A stretch of 64,000 nucleotides of DNA from Rebecca billardiae RCC1528 (lineage: Eukaryota > Protista > Haptophyta), in NCBI GenBank assembly GCA_965240325.2, contig OZ251249.1, forward strand, positions 992,001-1,056,000, given 5' to 3'. Shown in pieces: positions 36,257 through 46,680 of this stretch; position 1 is the first letter of the stretch; the number at the start of each line of letters is the position of its first letter. Made by a program: the position numbers and the translations under genes. The notes under the pieces were generated by a model that did no database searches, had not been told where the DNA came from, and saw nothing but the letters and a program-made list of their open reading frames with translations.

Positions 36257-37043
36257 CTGACCCGGCGTTCAACGTGGTCGTCAGGTGCGCGACGGCCTTG
36301 CTCTCGCCTGCCTGAGCTGCGTGCGTCTCTGATTCCGAGTCAACTGTACCTCGTCGGCTGTCCGCCATGGCGCCGACGACCAAGCGCCTGCTCACCGGGC
36401 GCCGTGACGACGGCCGTCGGCCTCACAGCCCTCCTCCTCGCCGCCGTCGCGCTCCGCGCCCGCGCCCTCGCCCTCGCCGTGCCCCAGCAATGGGCGACAG
36501 CCTGACTTGCTATGCGCTTGTTGAAAAAGTATGGCATGCGCTCGGCGACAGGCCTTGCACGCGCGCCAGGCGGGTTCAGCTGCATGCGCTCCCGCGCGCC
36601 CGCGGCCGCGGACTCTGCGCGTCGCCGGTCGAAGACGACGAACGCACGGCGGCCGGCACTCCGGCCGTGACATTTGTGCGGTGTACGACTGTACGGGCCG
36701 ATCCCGCTCGAAATCCCGTCATCCGCCGATCGAATTCGCCAGGCGGCGGGATGGGATTTGGTCGTCGTCGTCGTCGGCTCCGATCGAGATCTCGCTCAAT
36801 CTGCCTAACAGTCGGGGCTTAGAAGATGCGCGCATCTTTGGTGCCTGGTACCAGAAAGTTACCCGCTTCGTCGGCCGTCGCCAAAGTTCGTGCCCTTCTC
36901 AAATCTTGCCCCGGCCGCGCCAACGAATAACAAGTCGAGACGAGACGGCGGCTTGCCGGTGCTTTGCACACAGCTGCTCGCGGCGGCCGTGCTGCTGCTG
37001 GCTGCTTGGGTGGCCACGCCCGGCGGGGGGCGCAGCGCACGGC

Positions 37044-40000
37044 ATGCGCAGCAGCGTCTCGGGCTCCGCGGCGGGCGGCTCGCGCGCACGCGCGGGTTCC
37101 GCCTCGGACGCGCGCCGCCCGATGGTGGCCTACCCGTCCTACACGCCGAGCGACCGCCGGCCGGCGGAGCTGCAGCCGCCCTCGCGGCGCATGCCGTCGC
37201 ACGACTACATGATGCGCTACTTCCGAGGAGGGTCGGCGCGCGCGGGGGAGGACGACGGGAGCGAGGACGAGGACGGGGACGACGATGACGACGACTACGA
37301 CAGCGGCGAGGAGGGCGGAGAGGAGTCCGACCCGAGCTCCGACGACGCGCCGCCCGCCGGCACGCCGCGCCGCGTCCGCTCGCCGCCGTTCGGCACGCGC
37401 GCCGGCACGCGCGCCGGCACGCGGCGCGCCTCGCGGAAGGAGGAGGACGCGGCGGAGGAGGAGGAGCGGCACCGGCTGCGCGCCAACCACCGCGAGCCCG
37501 AGCCGCGCGGCCGCGTGGCGAGTGGCGCGGGCAGCGCGCGCACAGCCAGCACCCGCACCTCTGGCGGCAGCGGCGGCGCCGGCGCGTCGCCGCCGCTCGC
37601 GGACCGGCGGGTGAGCCCGCAGATCAACGTGTCCGCGCCCACGCCCGAGCTGACCTCGAGGCTCGGCCGGCAGCGCGCCACCGCCGCGGGCGCCGCGCCG
37701 CCGCCGGGCGCGCTCGGCGCGCGGCGCGGCTCTCCGCTGTGGCCGGGCGCGCCGGGGCCCAGCTCAGCGCCCACCCAGCCAGGGCGCACCCAGCCCAACC
37801 AGACCGGCGGCGGCGGCGGCGGCGGCGGCGGCGCGAGGCTGAACGGCGCGCCGCCGCGCATGTGCATGCCCGCGCTCACCGTCTCGACGGAGGACCAGCT
37901 CTCGCCGCTGCCCACGCCGCCGCGCGCGGGCAGCGGGCACTCGGCCGGCTCCTCAGGCGGCGCGGGCAGCGGGCGCGCCTCGCCCGCGTGCGGCCCCAGC
38001 AGTGGGCGCGGCTCGCCGCCGCAGGCGCTGATGGGCGTGCCGATGCCGACGGGCTCGCGCAACCGCGCGCACTCGGTGGTCGCGCCGCTCGCCTCGCCCC
38101 TGCCGCCGCCGGGCTGCTCGCGCAGCCCCGCCGCGGGCAGCAGCGGCGCGGGCGGCTCCTCCTCCGCCAACTCGTCGCGCCGCGGCTCGGTGCTGCCGGG
38201 CGCGGTGGCGCGCGCCGTCTCGCCCGGCGGCGGCTCGTTCAAGGGCGGCGCGCCGCACGCCGAGCGCGCGCGGCCGGCGGCGGGGCACCCGTCGTCGGGC
38301 GAGGTGGACGTGGGCGCGATGTACCGCCGCTCGCTCCTCTCGCACGAGGAGTCGTGCGCCGCGCGCCGCGCGCAGTCGGCGCGGCTGGCGCTGCCGCGCG
38401 AGTACGAGCGCTCGGCCAACGTGAACGCGATCGCGCTCTCGGCCGACGGCTCGCGGCTGGTGGCGGGCGGCGCGGACCGGTGCTGCGCGGTGTACGACGC
38501 GCTGAGCGGCAAGCTGCTGCTCGAGCTGGCGCGCGACGAGGCCGTCGACGCGGTCGACCTCGCCGCCGACGCGTCGCTGCTCGTGCTCGGCGGGCGCGAC
38601 CGGCGCGCCGCCGTGTACGCGCTCGCCGACGGCGGCGCGCGCGGCTCGTCGCTGCTGTGCGAGGTCGAGCGCGAGGGGCTGGTGTGGGCGGTGGCGCTCG
38701 CGCCGGACACGTCGACGTTCGCGGTGGGCGGGCGGGACCACGCGGCGGCGGTGTACGACGCGCGCTCGGGCGCGCTCCTCTTCGAGGCGCGGCGCGGCAA
38801 CATGGTGACCTCGGTCGCCTACTCGCCCGACGGCGCGCGGCTCGCGGTGGGCGGGTACGACAAGTGCGTGTGCGTGGTCGACGCGCTGAGCGGCAACCAC
38901 GTCTTCACGATCGCGCGCGCCGAGACGGTGATGAACGTGGCGTTCCACCCGGACGGGCTGACGCTCGCCGCGGTGGGGCGCGACCACAAGGTGGCCATCA
39001 TGGACGCGATCACGGGCGCGCACCTCTTCCAGATGGAGCGCAAGGGCACGGTGTACGGCCTCGCGTACAGCGCGGACGGCACCTCGCTCGCGGTCGGCGG
39101 GCGCGCGGCGATCGCGGCCGTGTTCGACGCGCAGACGGGCGAGCTGCTGGGCGAGATGGCGCGGCCGTCGGTGATCGCGTCGATGGCGTTCTCGGCGGAC
39201 GGCTCGCGCCTCGCCGTCGCGGGCCACGGGCGCAAGTTTGCGGTGCTCGACACCACCACCACCGGCCGGCTCTCCGAGGTCGATCAGGCGGGGCGCACGT
39301 GGTCGGTCGCCGCCACCGCGGACGTGTCGAGGCTCGCGGTGGGCGGCGTCGACCGCAAGGCGGAGGTGTACGACGTGGCGTCGGGCGAGGTGCTCTTCGA
39401 GCTGCGCCGCGCGGACGTGGTCACCGCCATCGCCTTCTCCGACGACGCGTCGCAGCTCGCCGTCGCCGGGCACGACAACTGCGTCGCCGTCTACTCGGCG
39501 CGCACCGGGCTGCTCGAGTTCGAGGCGGTGCGCGGGGGGCACGTCTGGGCGGTGGCGTTTGCGCGCGACGGCGGGCGGCTCGCGGCGGGCGGCGTGGACA
39601 ACCGCGCGGCGGTGCTCGACGCGTCGTCGGGCGAGCTGCTGCTCGAGATCGAGCGGCCGGACGCGGTGCGCGCGCTCGCGTGGTCCGCGGACGGCGCGCA
39701 CCTCGCGCTCGGCGGCTTCGACAAGACGGCCTCGGTGTACGACGCGGCGTCGGGGCTGCCGCTGTTCGAGGTGCGGCGCGGCGACGTGGTGCTCTCCGTC
39801 TGCTTCGCGGCGCACGGCGGCGCGCTCGCGATCGGCGGGGACGACCACTCGGCGGCGGTGCTGGCGATGCCCACCGGGCGCGTGCTGTACGAGGTGCGCC
39901 GCGCCGAGGCGCTCCGCTCCGTCGCCTTCTCGCACGACGGCGCCAAGCTCGCGATCGGCGGCGAGGACAAGACGTGCGCGGTCGTGGACGCGCGCACGGG

Positions 40001-42953
40001 CGCGCCGCGCTACGCGGTCACGCGCGCCGAGACGGTGATCGCCGTCGTCTTCTCGGCGGACGACACGCGGCTGGTGCTCGGGCTGCGCGAGAAGGAGATC
40101 CAGGCGGCCGTGCTGAACGCGGCCACGGGCGAGCTGCTGTTTGAGGTCTCAAGGCTGCCGTGGGTCGTCGACCTCGCGTTCGCGACGCCGGGCGCGCCGC
40201 GGCCGCTCGCGCGCCGGCGCGAGCAGATGGGGCCCGTGTTCGACGCGGCGTCGGGCGGGCTGCTGCTCGAGGCGGTGCGGCGCACGGACGACGAGGTGCT
40301 GATGGCCGCCTTCTCCGCCGACGGCGCGTGCCTCGCCGTGCACGAGACGCACACCAAGGCGCGCAAGCCCGGCTCGGGCGCGGCGCTGCTCGCGCGCTCG
40401 GTCGGGCCGGCGGGCTCGCGCCGGCTCGACCTGACGCGGCAGGCGTCGCGGCAGGACCTGTGGCGCCACGTGTCGCGGATGATGCTCGGGCCGCAGCCGG
40501 GCGGCGCGGCCGCGGCGTCGGCGCTCGCGGCGGACACCAACCCGCGCAACGTGCACGCCGTCTCCTTCCACCTCGCGCGCATGGCCGGCACGGTCGACGC
40601 CGCGTCGATGCACACGCTCGCGGAGTCGCTCGTCGTGCGCGGCTGGCACGCGCTGCTCGAGCGCATCGTCGGGCACGACCCGCAGTCCTCGTGGCTCGCG
40701 GTGGACGAGGGCGCGTTCGAGCTCGCGCTCCGCCTCTTCGACACGCGCGCGCTCGCGCTGCTCTTTGACGCGGCGCTGCACCCCAACGCGCCGCGCCGCG
40801 TGCAGACGCGGCTCGCCGCCTCGCGCGCGCTGCTCGCGCTGCTGCGCACGGGCGGGCACGGCTCGCTCGCCGGCCGCGTGATCGCGTGCTGCGGCTGGCA
40901 GCGCGTGGGCGAGACGCTGCGCGCGAACGGGCAGACGTCCGACGTGCTCCGCCGCCCGCTCGGCCGCATGTCCAACTCGGCCTCGCCCTTTGTCGTGTGG
41001 AGGCCCAACGTCGCGTCGCTGCCCGACGGCGCGCCCGCGGTCGCGCAGCTGATCCCGCTGCCGTGCCTCGGCTGCGCGCCGATGCTGCGCGCGCTGCTGC
41101 TGCACGGCGCGGGCGAGGACGGGCTGTGGGGCTGCGAGGCGCTCGGCTCGGTGCTCGACGCGCTGTGGTCGCAGCACTTCATGAAGTTCCACTGGCTCAC
41201 GTGCGCGCTGCTCTGCGTCGAGGTCGGCTGCTTCTGCGGCCTCTGCCTCGCGTACGCGCACGCGGCGCAGATGGCGTCGGAGGAGGACGCGCACACGATC
41301 GCGCCCGCGGCCGCGCTCGCCGCCGCGGCGCACGGCGGGCTGGAGGCGTGGCTCTTCGGCCTCGCGCTCTTCTTCTCGGCGATCGAGGTGCGCCAGCTCA
41401 CGCGCTCGCGCCGCTGGGGCCGCGCGCCGCGCAACGCCGACCTCGCCGCCGCGTCCGAGTTTGCGCCCGCGCTCGCGGCGATCGGCGCGCGCCACTCGCG
41501 CGCGCTGGCGGGCGCCGCGCGGCTCGGCTCGCGGCTCGTCTCGTGGGACGTGCTCGACTGGCTGGCGCAGCTCTCGGTGCTCTTCTCGCTCGGCTGCGCG
41601 CGCGCGCTCCCCGCCGACTCGGCCGTGATCGTGCACGCCATGACCGCCACCGCGCTCTGCCTGCTCGGCAAGACGGTGAACGCGGCGCGCGGCTTCCGCG
41701 TGCTCGCGCACCCGGTCGAGATCCTGCTGCAGTCGACGGTCGACATGCTGCCGCTGCTCTTCATCTGCCTGGCGCTCGTCTTCTTCTTCGCGCTGGGCAT
41801 GCTGCTCCAGTTCTCGCCCGCGCGGCGCTCGGGCGAGCCGATGGCCGAGACCGCCGCGCAGCTCTCCGACCCGCACTGGTTCCTGCTCGGAGCGTTTGAC
41901 GTCTCGATGCTGGGCGAGTGGGGGCCGGACGAGCTGAGCGCGTTTGGGCAGGCGGCGAGCGCGCCCGTCACGGCGCTGCTCTTCGTGCTGCTCGTGGTCA
42001 TCGTGACGATCATCGCGCTGAACACGCTGATCGCGCTGCTCGCCGACACGTTCGAGCGCGTGCAGGACCGCTCGCGCGCCACGCGCACGCGCCAGCTCTC
42101 CGGCATGATCGTCGAGTGGAACGACATCCTGCCCGCGGCGATGGTGGCGGCGATCGAGGAGGCGAGCGTGTGGACGCACCGGCTGATGCCCGAGTCGATG
42201 CTGGCGGAGGACGGGCTCGGCGCGTCGGCGGAGGGGTGGCAGGGGCGCACCGCGCGGCTGGTCGGCGCGCTGCGCACCTCGCTCGAGCACGAGCTGCAGC
42301 ACATGCGCGCCGGCCTCGAGGCCTCGCACGAGCAGACGCTCAAGGCGGAGCTCGAGCGCTCGCGCAAGGCGATGGCGGCCGAGCTCGAGCGCGCGCTGGA
42401 CAAGCACGCCGCGCGCCGCGAGAAGGGCGGCGGCGGCGGCGGCTCGCCCACGGCGGGCGCGCGCGACCCGGAGCGCTCGGCCGCGCCCACGCCGCACGCC
42501 GCGCACGCGCGCTCGCGCGCCTCCGCCAGCCCGCGCGCCGGCCGCAGCCGCAAGGCCTCGCGCGCCGGCAGCCGCGCGCCCTCGGGCCGCGGCTCGCCCA
42601 ACCGCGCGGGCTCGCCGCCGCACACGCCGAGGCGCGCGTCCGTGCACGCCGTCAGCACGGCCGCCGCGCTGCCGCCGCCCGTGCTCGGCGCGGCGGGCGC
42701 GGCGCCGCCGGGCGGCGCCGCCGCCGGCGCGCCGCCCCGCCGCGCGACGCTCGAGATGCCCGTCGTCGACTCGAAGGGGCGCGTGCTGCCGAGCGGCGCG
42801 GCGGCGGCGGGCGCGGGGGCGGCGGCGGCGGCCGCGCCGCCGCCGCCGCCCGCGCCCGTCGGCGGGCTGATGCTGACGAGCCAGCAGCACGGCCCGGCGC
42901 AGCCGCAGCAGCCGCGGCTGCCGCACTCGCAGCGGGAGAGCGCGGGCGCCTGA
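37044..42953 (+). CDS. Intronless WD40-repeat + TRP-like 6-TM cation channel (~1970 aa; start could be a downstream ATG)
   Basis: About 14 regular and 2 degenerate WD40 repeats (VxxVAFSxDGxxLAVGGxDxxxxVYD) at ~38410-40350. Pre-S1 motif SVLDALW, TM helices, pore FDVSMLGEW, and S6/TRP helix IIALNTLIALLADTFERVQ. A coiled coil follows. Confidence 0.9.
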   Translation: MRSSVSGSAAGGSRARAGSASDARRPMVAYPSYTPSDRRPAELQPPSRRMPSHDYMMRYFRGGSARAGEDDGSEDEDGDDDDDDYDSGEEGGEESDPSSDDAPPAGTPRRVRSPPFGTRAGTRAGTRRASRKEEDAAEEEERHRLRANHREPEPRGRVASGAGSARTASTRTSGGSGGAGASPPLADRRVSPQINVSAPTPELTSRLGRQRATAAGAAPPPGALGARRGSPLWPGAPGPSSAPTQPGRTQPNQTGGGGGGGGGARLNGAPPRMCMPALTVSTEDQLSPLPTPPRAGSGHSAGSSGGAGSGRASPACGPSSGRGSPPQALMGVPMPTGSRNRAHSVVAPLASPLPPPGCSRSPAAGSSGAGGSSSANSSRRGSVLPGAVARAVSPGGGSFKGGAPHAERARPAAGHPSSGEVDVGAMYRRSLLSHEESCAARRAQSARLALPREYERSANVNAIALSADGSRLVAGGADRCCAVYDALSGKLLLELARDEAVDAVDLAADASLLVLGGRDRRAAVYALADGGARGSSLLCEVEREGLVWAVALAPDTSTFAVGGRDHAAAVYDARSGALLFEARRGNMVTSVAYSPDGARLAVGGYDKCVCVVDALSGNHVFTIARAETVMNVAFHPDGLTLAAVGRDHKVAIMDAITGAHLFQMERKGTVYGLAYSADGTSLAVGGRAAIAAVFDAQTGELLGEMARPSVIASMAFSADGSRLAVAGHGRKFAVLDTTTTGRLSEVDQAGRTWSVAATADVSRLAVGGVDRKAEVYDVASGEVLFELRRADVVTAIAFSDDASQLAVAGHDNCVAVYSARTGLLEFEAVRGGHVWAVAFARDGGRLAAGGVDNRAAVLDASSGELLLEIERPDAVRALAWSADGAHLALGGFDKTASVYDAASGLPLFEVRRGDVVLSVCFAAHGGALAIGGDDHSAAVLAMPTGRVLYEVRRAEALRSVAFSHDGAKLAIGGEDKTCAVVDARTGAPRYAVTRAETVIAVVFSADDTRLVLGLREKEIQAAVLNAATGELLFEVSRLPWVVDLAFATPGAPRPLARRREQMGPVFDAASGGLLLEAVRRTDDEVLMAAFSADGACLAVHETHTKARKPGSGAALLARSVGPAGSRRLDLTRQASRQDLWRHVSRMMLGPQPGGAAAASALAADTNPRNVHAVSFHLARMAGTVDAASMHTLAESLVVRGWHALLERIVGHDPQSSWLAVDEGAFELALRLFDTRALALLFDAALHPNAPRRVQTRLAASRALLALLRTGGHGSLAGRVIACCGWQRVGETLRANGQTSDVLRRPLGRMSNSASPFVVWRPNVASLPDGAPAVAQLIPLPCLGCAPMLRALLLHGAGEDGLWGCEALGSVLDALWSQHFMKFHWLTCALLCVEVGCFCGLCLAYAHAAQMASEEDAHTIAPAAALAAAAHGGLEAWLFGLALFFSAIEVRQLTRSRRWGRAPRNADLAAASEFAPALAAIGARHSRALAGAARLGSRLVSWDVLDWLAQLSVLFSLGCARALPADSAVIVHAMTATALCLLGKTVNAARGFRVLAHPVEILLQSTVDMLPLLFICLALVFFFALGMLLQFSPARRSGEPMAETAAQLSDPHWFLLGAFDVSMLGEWGPDELSAFGQAASAPVTALLFVLLVVIVTIIALNTLIALLADTFERVQDRSRATRTRQLSGMIVEWNDILPAAMVAAIEEASVWTHRLMPESMLAEDGLGASAEGWQGRTARLVGALRTSLEHELQHMRAGLEASHEQTLKAELERSRKAMAAELERALDKHAARREKGGGGGGSPTAGARDPERSAAPTPHAAHARSRASASPRAGRSRKASRAGSRAPSGRGSPNRAGSPPHTPRRASVHAVSTAAALPPPVLGAAGAAPPGGAAAGAPPRRATLEMPVVDSKGRVLPSGAAAAGAGAAAAAAPPPPPAPVGGLMLTSQQHGPAQPQQPRLPHSQRESAGA

Positions 42954-43364
42954 TGGCGCGCGGGGCGGCGGGCGGCGCACGAGCGGCCGTCCGCGCGGAT
43001 GGTGCCGAGCGGCCGCTGCTGCTGCTGCGCGCTGCTGCGTGCTTTCTGTCGTCATCACAGGCACAGCGCGACGCTCCGCGCGCTGCGCCCGCGCCGGACG
43101 CGCCGCGCGGTCTGGGCCCGGACCGCTAAGCTCGGCACTCAGTACTCACTCAGCAGCGGCCGCCCGTCCAGGGTCGGTCCGCCTGCCCGGGGACGGAGCC
43201 CGCCGGCCGCGCCAGCACGTCTGAGGCCGCCGCGCACGTCGTCGCCTCACATCGTCCGTCGGCTGACTGATGGCGCGGCATCTATGACTCGTTCGATGAT
43301 AAACTCTCTCTCCAGTCTCTCTCTCTCTCTCTCTAAATACCTGCGCTCGTCGAACTATATCAGA

Positions 43365-44340
43365 TATGCACGAAAGCGGCGGTTTACTACTGGCCTGTTT
43401 TATTTCTACCAGATTTCCATTTACTTATTACTATGTCACGGCGACAAACCGTTGCTCGCCAGTGGGAATCGGTGTCACGCCCCGTTGGGTGTACCTCTCA
43501 CCGCCGATGGCGGCCCCCACGTGCGCGAGGAACGCGATTCCTGCACTCCTCGGTGACCGGTGAGTGCAGGAATCCAGTTGCGGCTCTCGTCCGCCTCGTC
43601 ATTGTCGCACACGAGGTACACCCAACACCATGGGTCGGATCGTAGAACTCTCCGCGCGCTCGCGCCCGCGCGGCGAGGCACTGGCAGGCTTGTTCTCATC
43701 ATCTTGTCCAAGACTGCAGCCTGCTAGATGCGCGAGGACGCGTGTGCACGCCTTTCCGCGCGTCATGGGTGCGCGTGGCACGCACCTTGTCGTCATCTAC
43801 GCCGAGGAGGCTTAAGCAACCGGCCCACCAACCTGCCGTGACCACGTTCAAATGCAGGCGGCAAGCTGCATGCGAGCGCACGCAACGGAAACATCTCACG
43901 CTCGACAAGGAAGTGGTGGCGGACCGAGAAGAGCTGGAATCATTTGCAGTCCATCTGTTGTTCAACGATCCTGGTTCACCAGCTGACACGGGCGCGACGC
44001 AGCCAAGGCAGAGTGCTTGCAGCTTGCAGCGCGCCCGCAACTACTCGGCGGTCTGCCGCCGCGGCGCGGCGATCCGGTCACACTGCCGTGCGCTGCGAGT
44101 GACCTCTGTGTCATGGCGAAGCAAGCAGCATGTCTTGGCAACACCTTTCGCTACAGCTCAGCGCCCAAGTACGACCATGCGCCAACGACGTGCCATCACT
44201 ACTCCGCAATCGCGCCGGCACCCACCACCAGCGGGCAAGCCGCAAGCCGCCATTTTACCGCGTTTTGGCGAATGTCGCCGTTGGGCTCTCGTAGAAATAA
44301 AACAGGCCTACTACCGATTTTACCCGCATCATCGCGCATG
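43365..44340. mobile_element. ~1-kb lower-GC non-autonomous DNA-transposon-like element with an 18-bp perfect subterminal inverted repeat
   Basis: GGCCTGTTTTATTTCTAC (43392-43409) and GTAGAAATAAAACAGGCC (44291-44308), with weaker outer symmetry (ATGCACGA / TCGCGCAT). Exact ends and TSD are unresolved. Confidence 0.55.
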
Positions 44341-44373
44341 TACAATCATCATCACAGTAGTCGTAGTCTGAAC

Positions 44374-44406
44374 CAAGGAGTCTTTAAAAACCCACAAGAC
44401 TCCTTG
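44374..44406. mobile_element. 33-bp remnant (excision footprint or minimal deletion derivative) of the P-like element family
   Basis: TCTGAAC|CAAGGAGTCTTTAAAAACCCAC-AAGACTCCTTG|TCTGAAC: a 7-bp TSD flanking 22 nt + 11 nt of the TIRs seen at 53488 and 54851. Confidence 0.9.
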
Positions 44407-44454
44407 TCTGAACACCGGTCCGACGGTTCGACAGCGCGCGTCGATCGACGGACG

Positions 44455-45606
44455 ATGGGGTGGGCGGTCGTGCTGCCCACGATGTTGATGTCGTTGGTCG
44501 GTCAGGACCTGCCGACGAGTCTGGCCGAGATGTCCCTCGGTCGCATCCGGCCAGCGGGCGTGGCTAGCTCGTGCGCGCCGAGTGGGCTGTGGACGGATGC
44601 GTCGTTGGCGCGCGAGTTCAGGGCAGCGCTCGCACGCATAGCGTCGGCGCCGCTCGAGCGCGAGCCGTTCCCGCACCTGCACGTGCAGGGCCTCTTCTCC
44701 GACTGCTTCTACCACGACCTGCTCGACCAGCTCCCCGCGAACAGCGCGTTCGCAGCCAGTAGGTATGCCGGCACGGAGCCTCACCATGCCGTGATGTGCT
44801 TGCCTCGCAAGACGCTGGGCCAACCGACTCCCTCTCCTCTCAAAGTGCCCTCGGAATGCTGCAGCAACGGCTCACACGCTGTCACGCCCCGCGACCGGGA
44901 GGCGGCTTGCCAGAGGACGCGGTGCTTTCTCCGAAAGCGCCGGCTGACGCGCGCCGCCAGTAACAACCACGGCTGGGTGCTCATGCAGTCGATGATGACC
45001 GCCGACGGCCCGATGCCGCTCTGGGTGCAGCTGCAGCGCCTTGTGCACTCGGCCGACTTCATGACGCTGCTGGTCCGGCGCTTCTCGCTCGCCGACGGGG
45101 ACGGCATCCCGGTGTGGAAGCGCGAGCGCTTGCGCGACCGCGGCGGGGAGTCGACGCTGCGCAACTCCGCCGCCCTCCGCATCGACCCTGAGTGGTACCA
45201 GCTCACGCCACACATCGACTTGTGGCAGAAGATCGTCACGTGGCAGTTCTTTCACCCCGTCGACGACTCGCTCGCGGCGCGCGGCGTCGGCACCCAGTTC
45301 ATGCGACCGGCGCGCAACCTCGCTGGCACGTTCGTTGCCGACGACCGCGCCAACCCGCCGTGGTTCGCGTGGGAGGCGATGGAGACGGTCAAGGAGATGC
45401 CTGTCGCGCGCAACACCTTCTTCGCCTTCGCACCAAACAACAGGTCGTGGCACGCCGCGTCTATGAGCCCGAGCCAGCTCGACGGCATCAAGCCCGGCGC
45501 GCGAAGGAACTTCCTCGGCTTTGTGACGAGCGCGGCGTTCGATTACCACGGCTTCCAGGATGCGCACGGCGACTATGCGGACCGCTTCTTCTGGCTCAGT
45601 GAGTAG
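44455..45606 (+). CDS. 2OG-Fe(II) oxygenase superfamily-like protein, possible signal peptide
   Basis: EPFPHLHVQGLFSDCFY; YQLTPHIDLWQKIVTWQFF (HxD); GTQF; NTFFAFAPNNRSWHA (distal His); RRNFLGFV (2OG-binding Arg). Confidence 0.75.
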   Translation: MGWAVVLPTMLMSLVGQDLPTSLAEMSLGRIRPAGVASSCAPSGLWTDASLAREFRAALARIASAPLEREPFPHLHVQGLFSDCFYHDLLDQLPANSAFAASRYAGTEPHHAVMCLPRKTLGQPTPSPLKVPSECCSNGSHAVTPRDREAACQRTRCFLRKRRLTRAASNNHGWVLMQSMMTADGPMPLWVQLQRLVHSADFMTLLVRRFSLADGDGIPVWKRERLRDRGGESTLRNSAALRIDPEWYQLTPHIDLWQKIVTWQFFHPVDDSLAARGVGTQFMRPARNLAGTFVADDRANPPWFAWEAMETVKEMPVARNTFFAFAPNNRSWHAASMSPSQLDGIKPGARRNFLGFVTSAAFDYHGFQDAHGDYADRFFWLSE

Positions 45607-46680
45607 CAGTCGCCCCTGCGCCGCAGGGGCGCGGCCGTGGCATCCTGAGTCATCAGTAGCCAGACCTGTGACGCTGATGCCGAGATGCTCCAGGGCTGTC
45701 GGCTGATCATGCGGCGACGTACGGCGGTCCGTGCGATGGGTCGCCACACCTAGGCCAGCAGCCGGACGACCCGACTCGGACGGCCTGCCGCGCCGGCGCG
45801 CCGCCCCTGACGCGGGCCGCGGCCGGAGTTACACTCGAGTACCAGTTCGGTACTGCTGCAAATATAAAATAACGGTAGTGCGCTGCACGGACAACGCGGT
45901 GCCGCATGCCCGGCCATGACCGGCGCGCTCTCGGATGAATCTGCTGACTCATCAGCAGGTAGCAGAGGCTTCCGTGCTGACGGGATTGTCAGTCCGCGAC
46001 CAGCCGACGGAGTCGTCGTCAGTCTAACTACTGAGCAGAGTGACGACGAGTCGTCGTACTGTAACTGATCGATGGTGTCCGTGCTACGCGGTTATCGGGC
46101 CCGCCGATTATCCGGGGTCAGTCACCGGCGCGACGCGGCCGCGGCCTGATTTTCTGTCGCCGGCTGAATGTGAGGAGCCGCGGGGCGCGGCCGCCGGTGA
46201 GTCTGAGTCATCGATCGTCCGGTCGGATCGGCCGCGCGATGATGCCGATCGACCGCCGCCGCCCCGCGGGCGCGCGGACGGCGCGGGGCCGACTCCATAC
46301 GACGCCGGACTTCCGGCTCACTACCGCCGGTTACGCGGTACGTCTATATAGCTGCTGCTGATACTCCACTACTATCCAGTAGCACCGTGCCAACCCGCCA
46401 ACCGCCCGGACCATAAGGCCGCGCCACACTCACTGGCGGCAGCTCAGACAGCTCAGCGCAGGCCGACTACGACCAGTACCGTCCAGTACGCGACGGTACC
46501 GCGTACTCTTATCGCGCGCCTTGAGAGTTGAGTCAGGAGGCTGTGATCGGACCGCGCCATGCTGCGGCAACGCGCGGGCACTAGCTCTAGGCTAGTGCTG
46601 ATGCGCTGTCAGTATATATATATATATAGTTTTCGTCGCGCCTCACTAGTTGTTTGAGTCACATCATCAGCATATATACA

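Noticed and set aside
44017-44454. N-terminal extension of the 529-aa ORF
   Set aside because: It runs through transposon-derived sequence and the 33-bp footprint. ATG 44455, followed by a hydrophobic leader, is the more plausible start.
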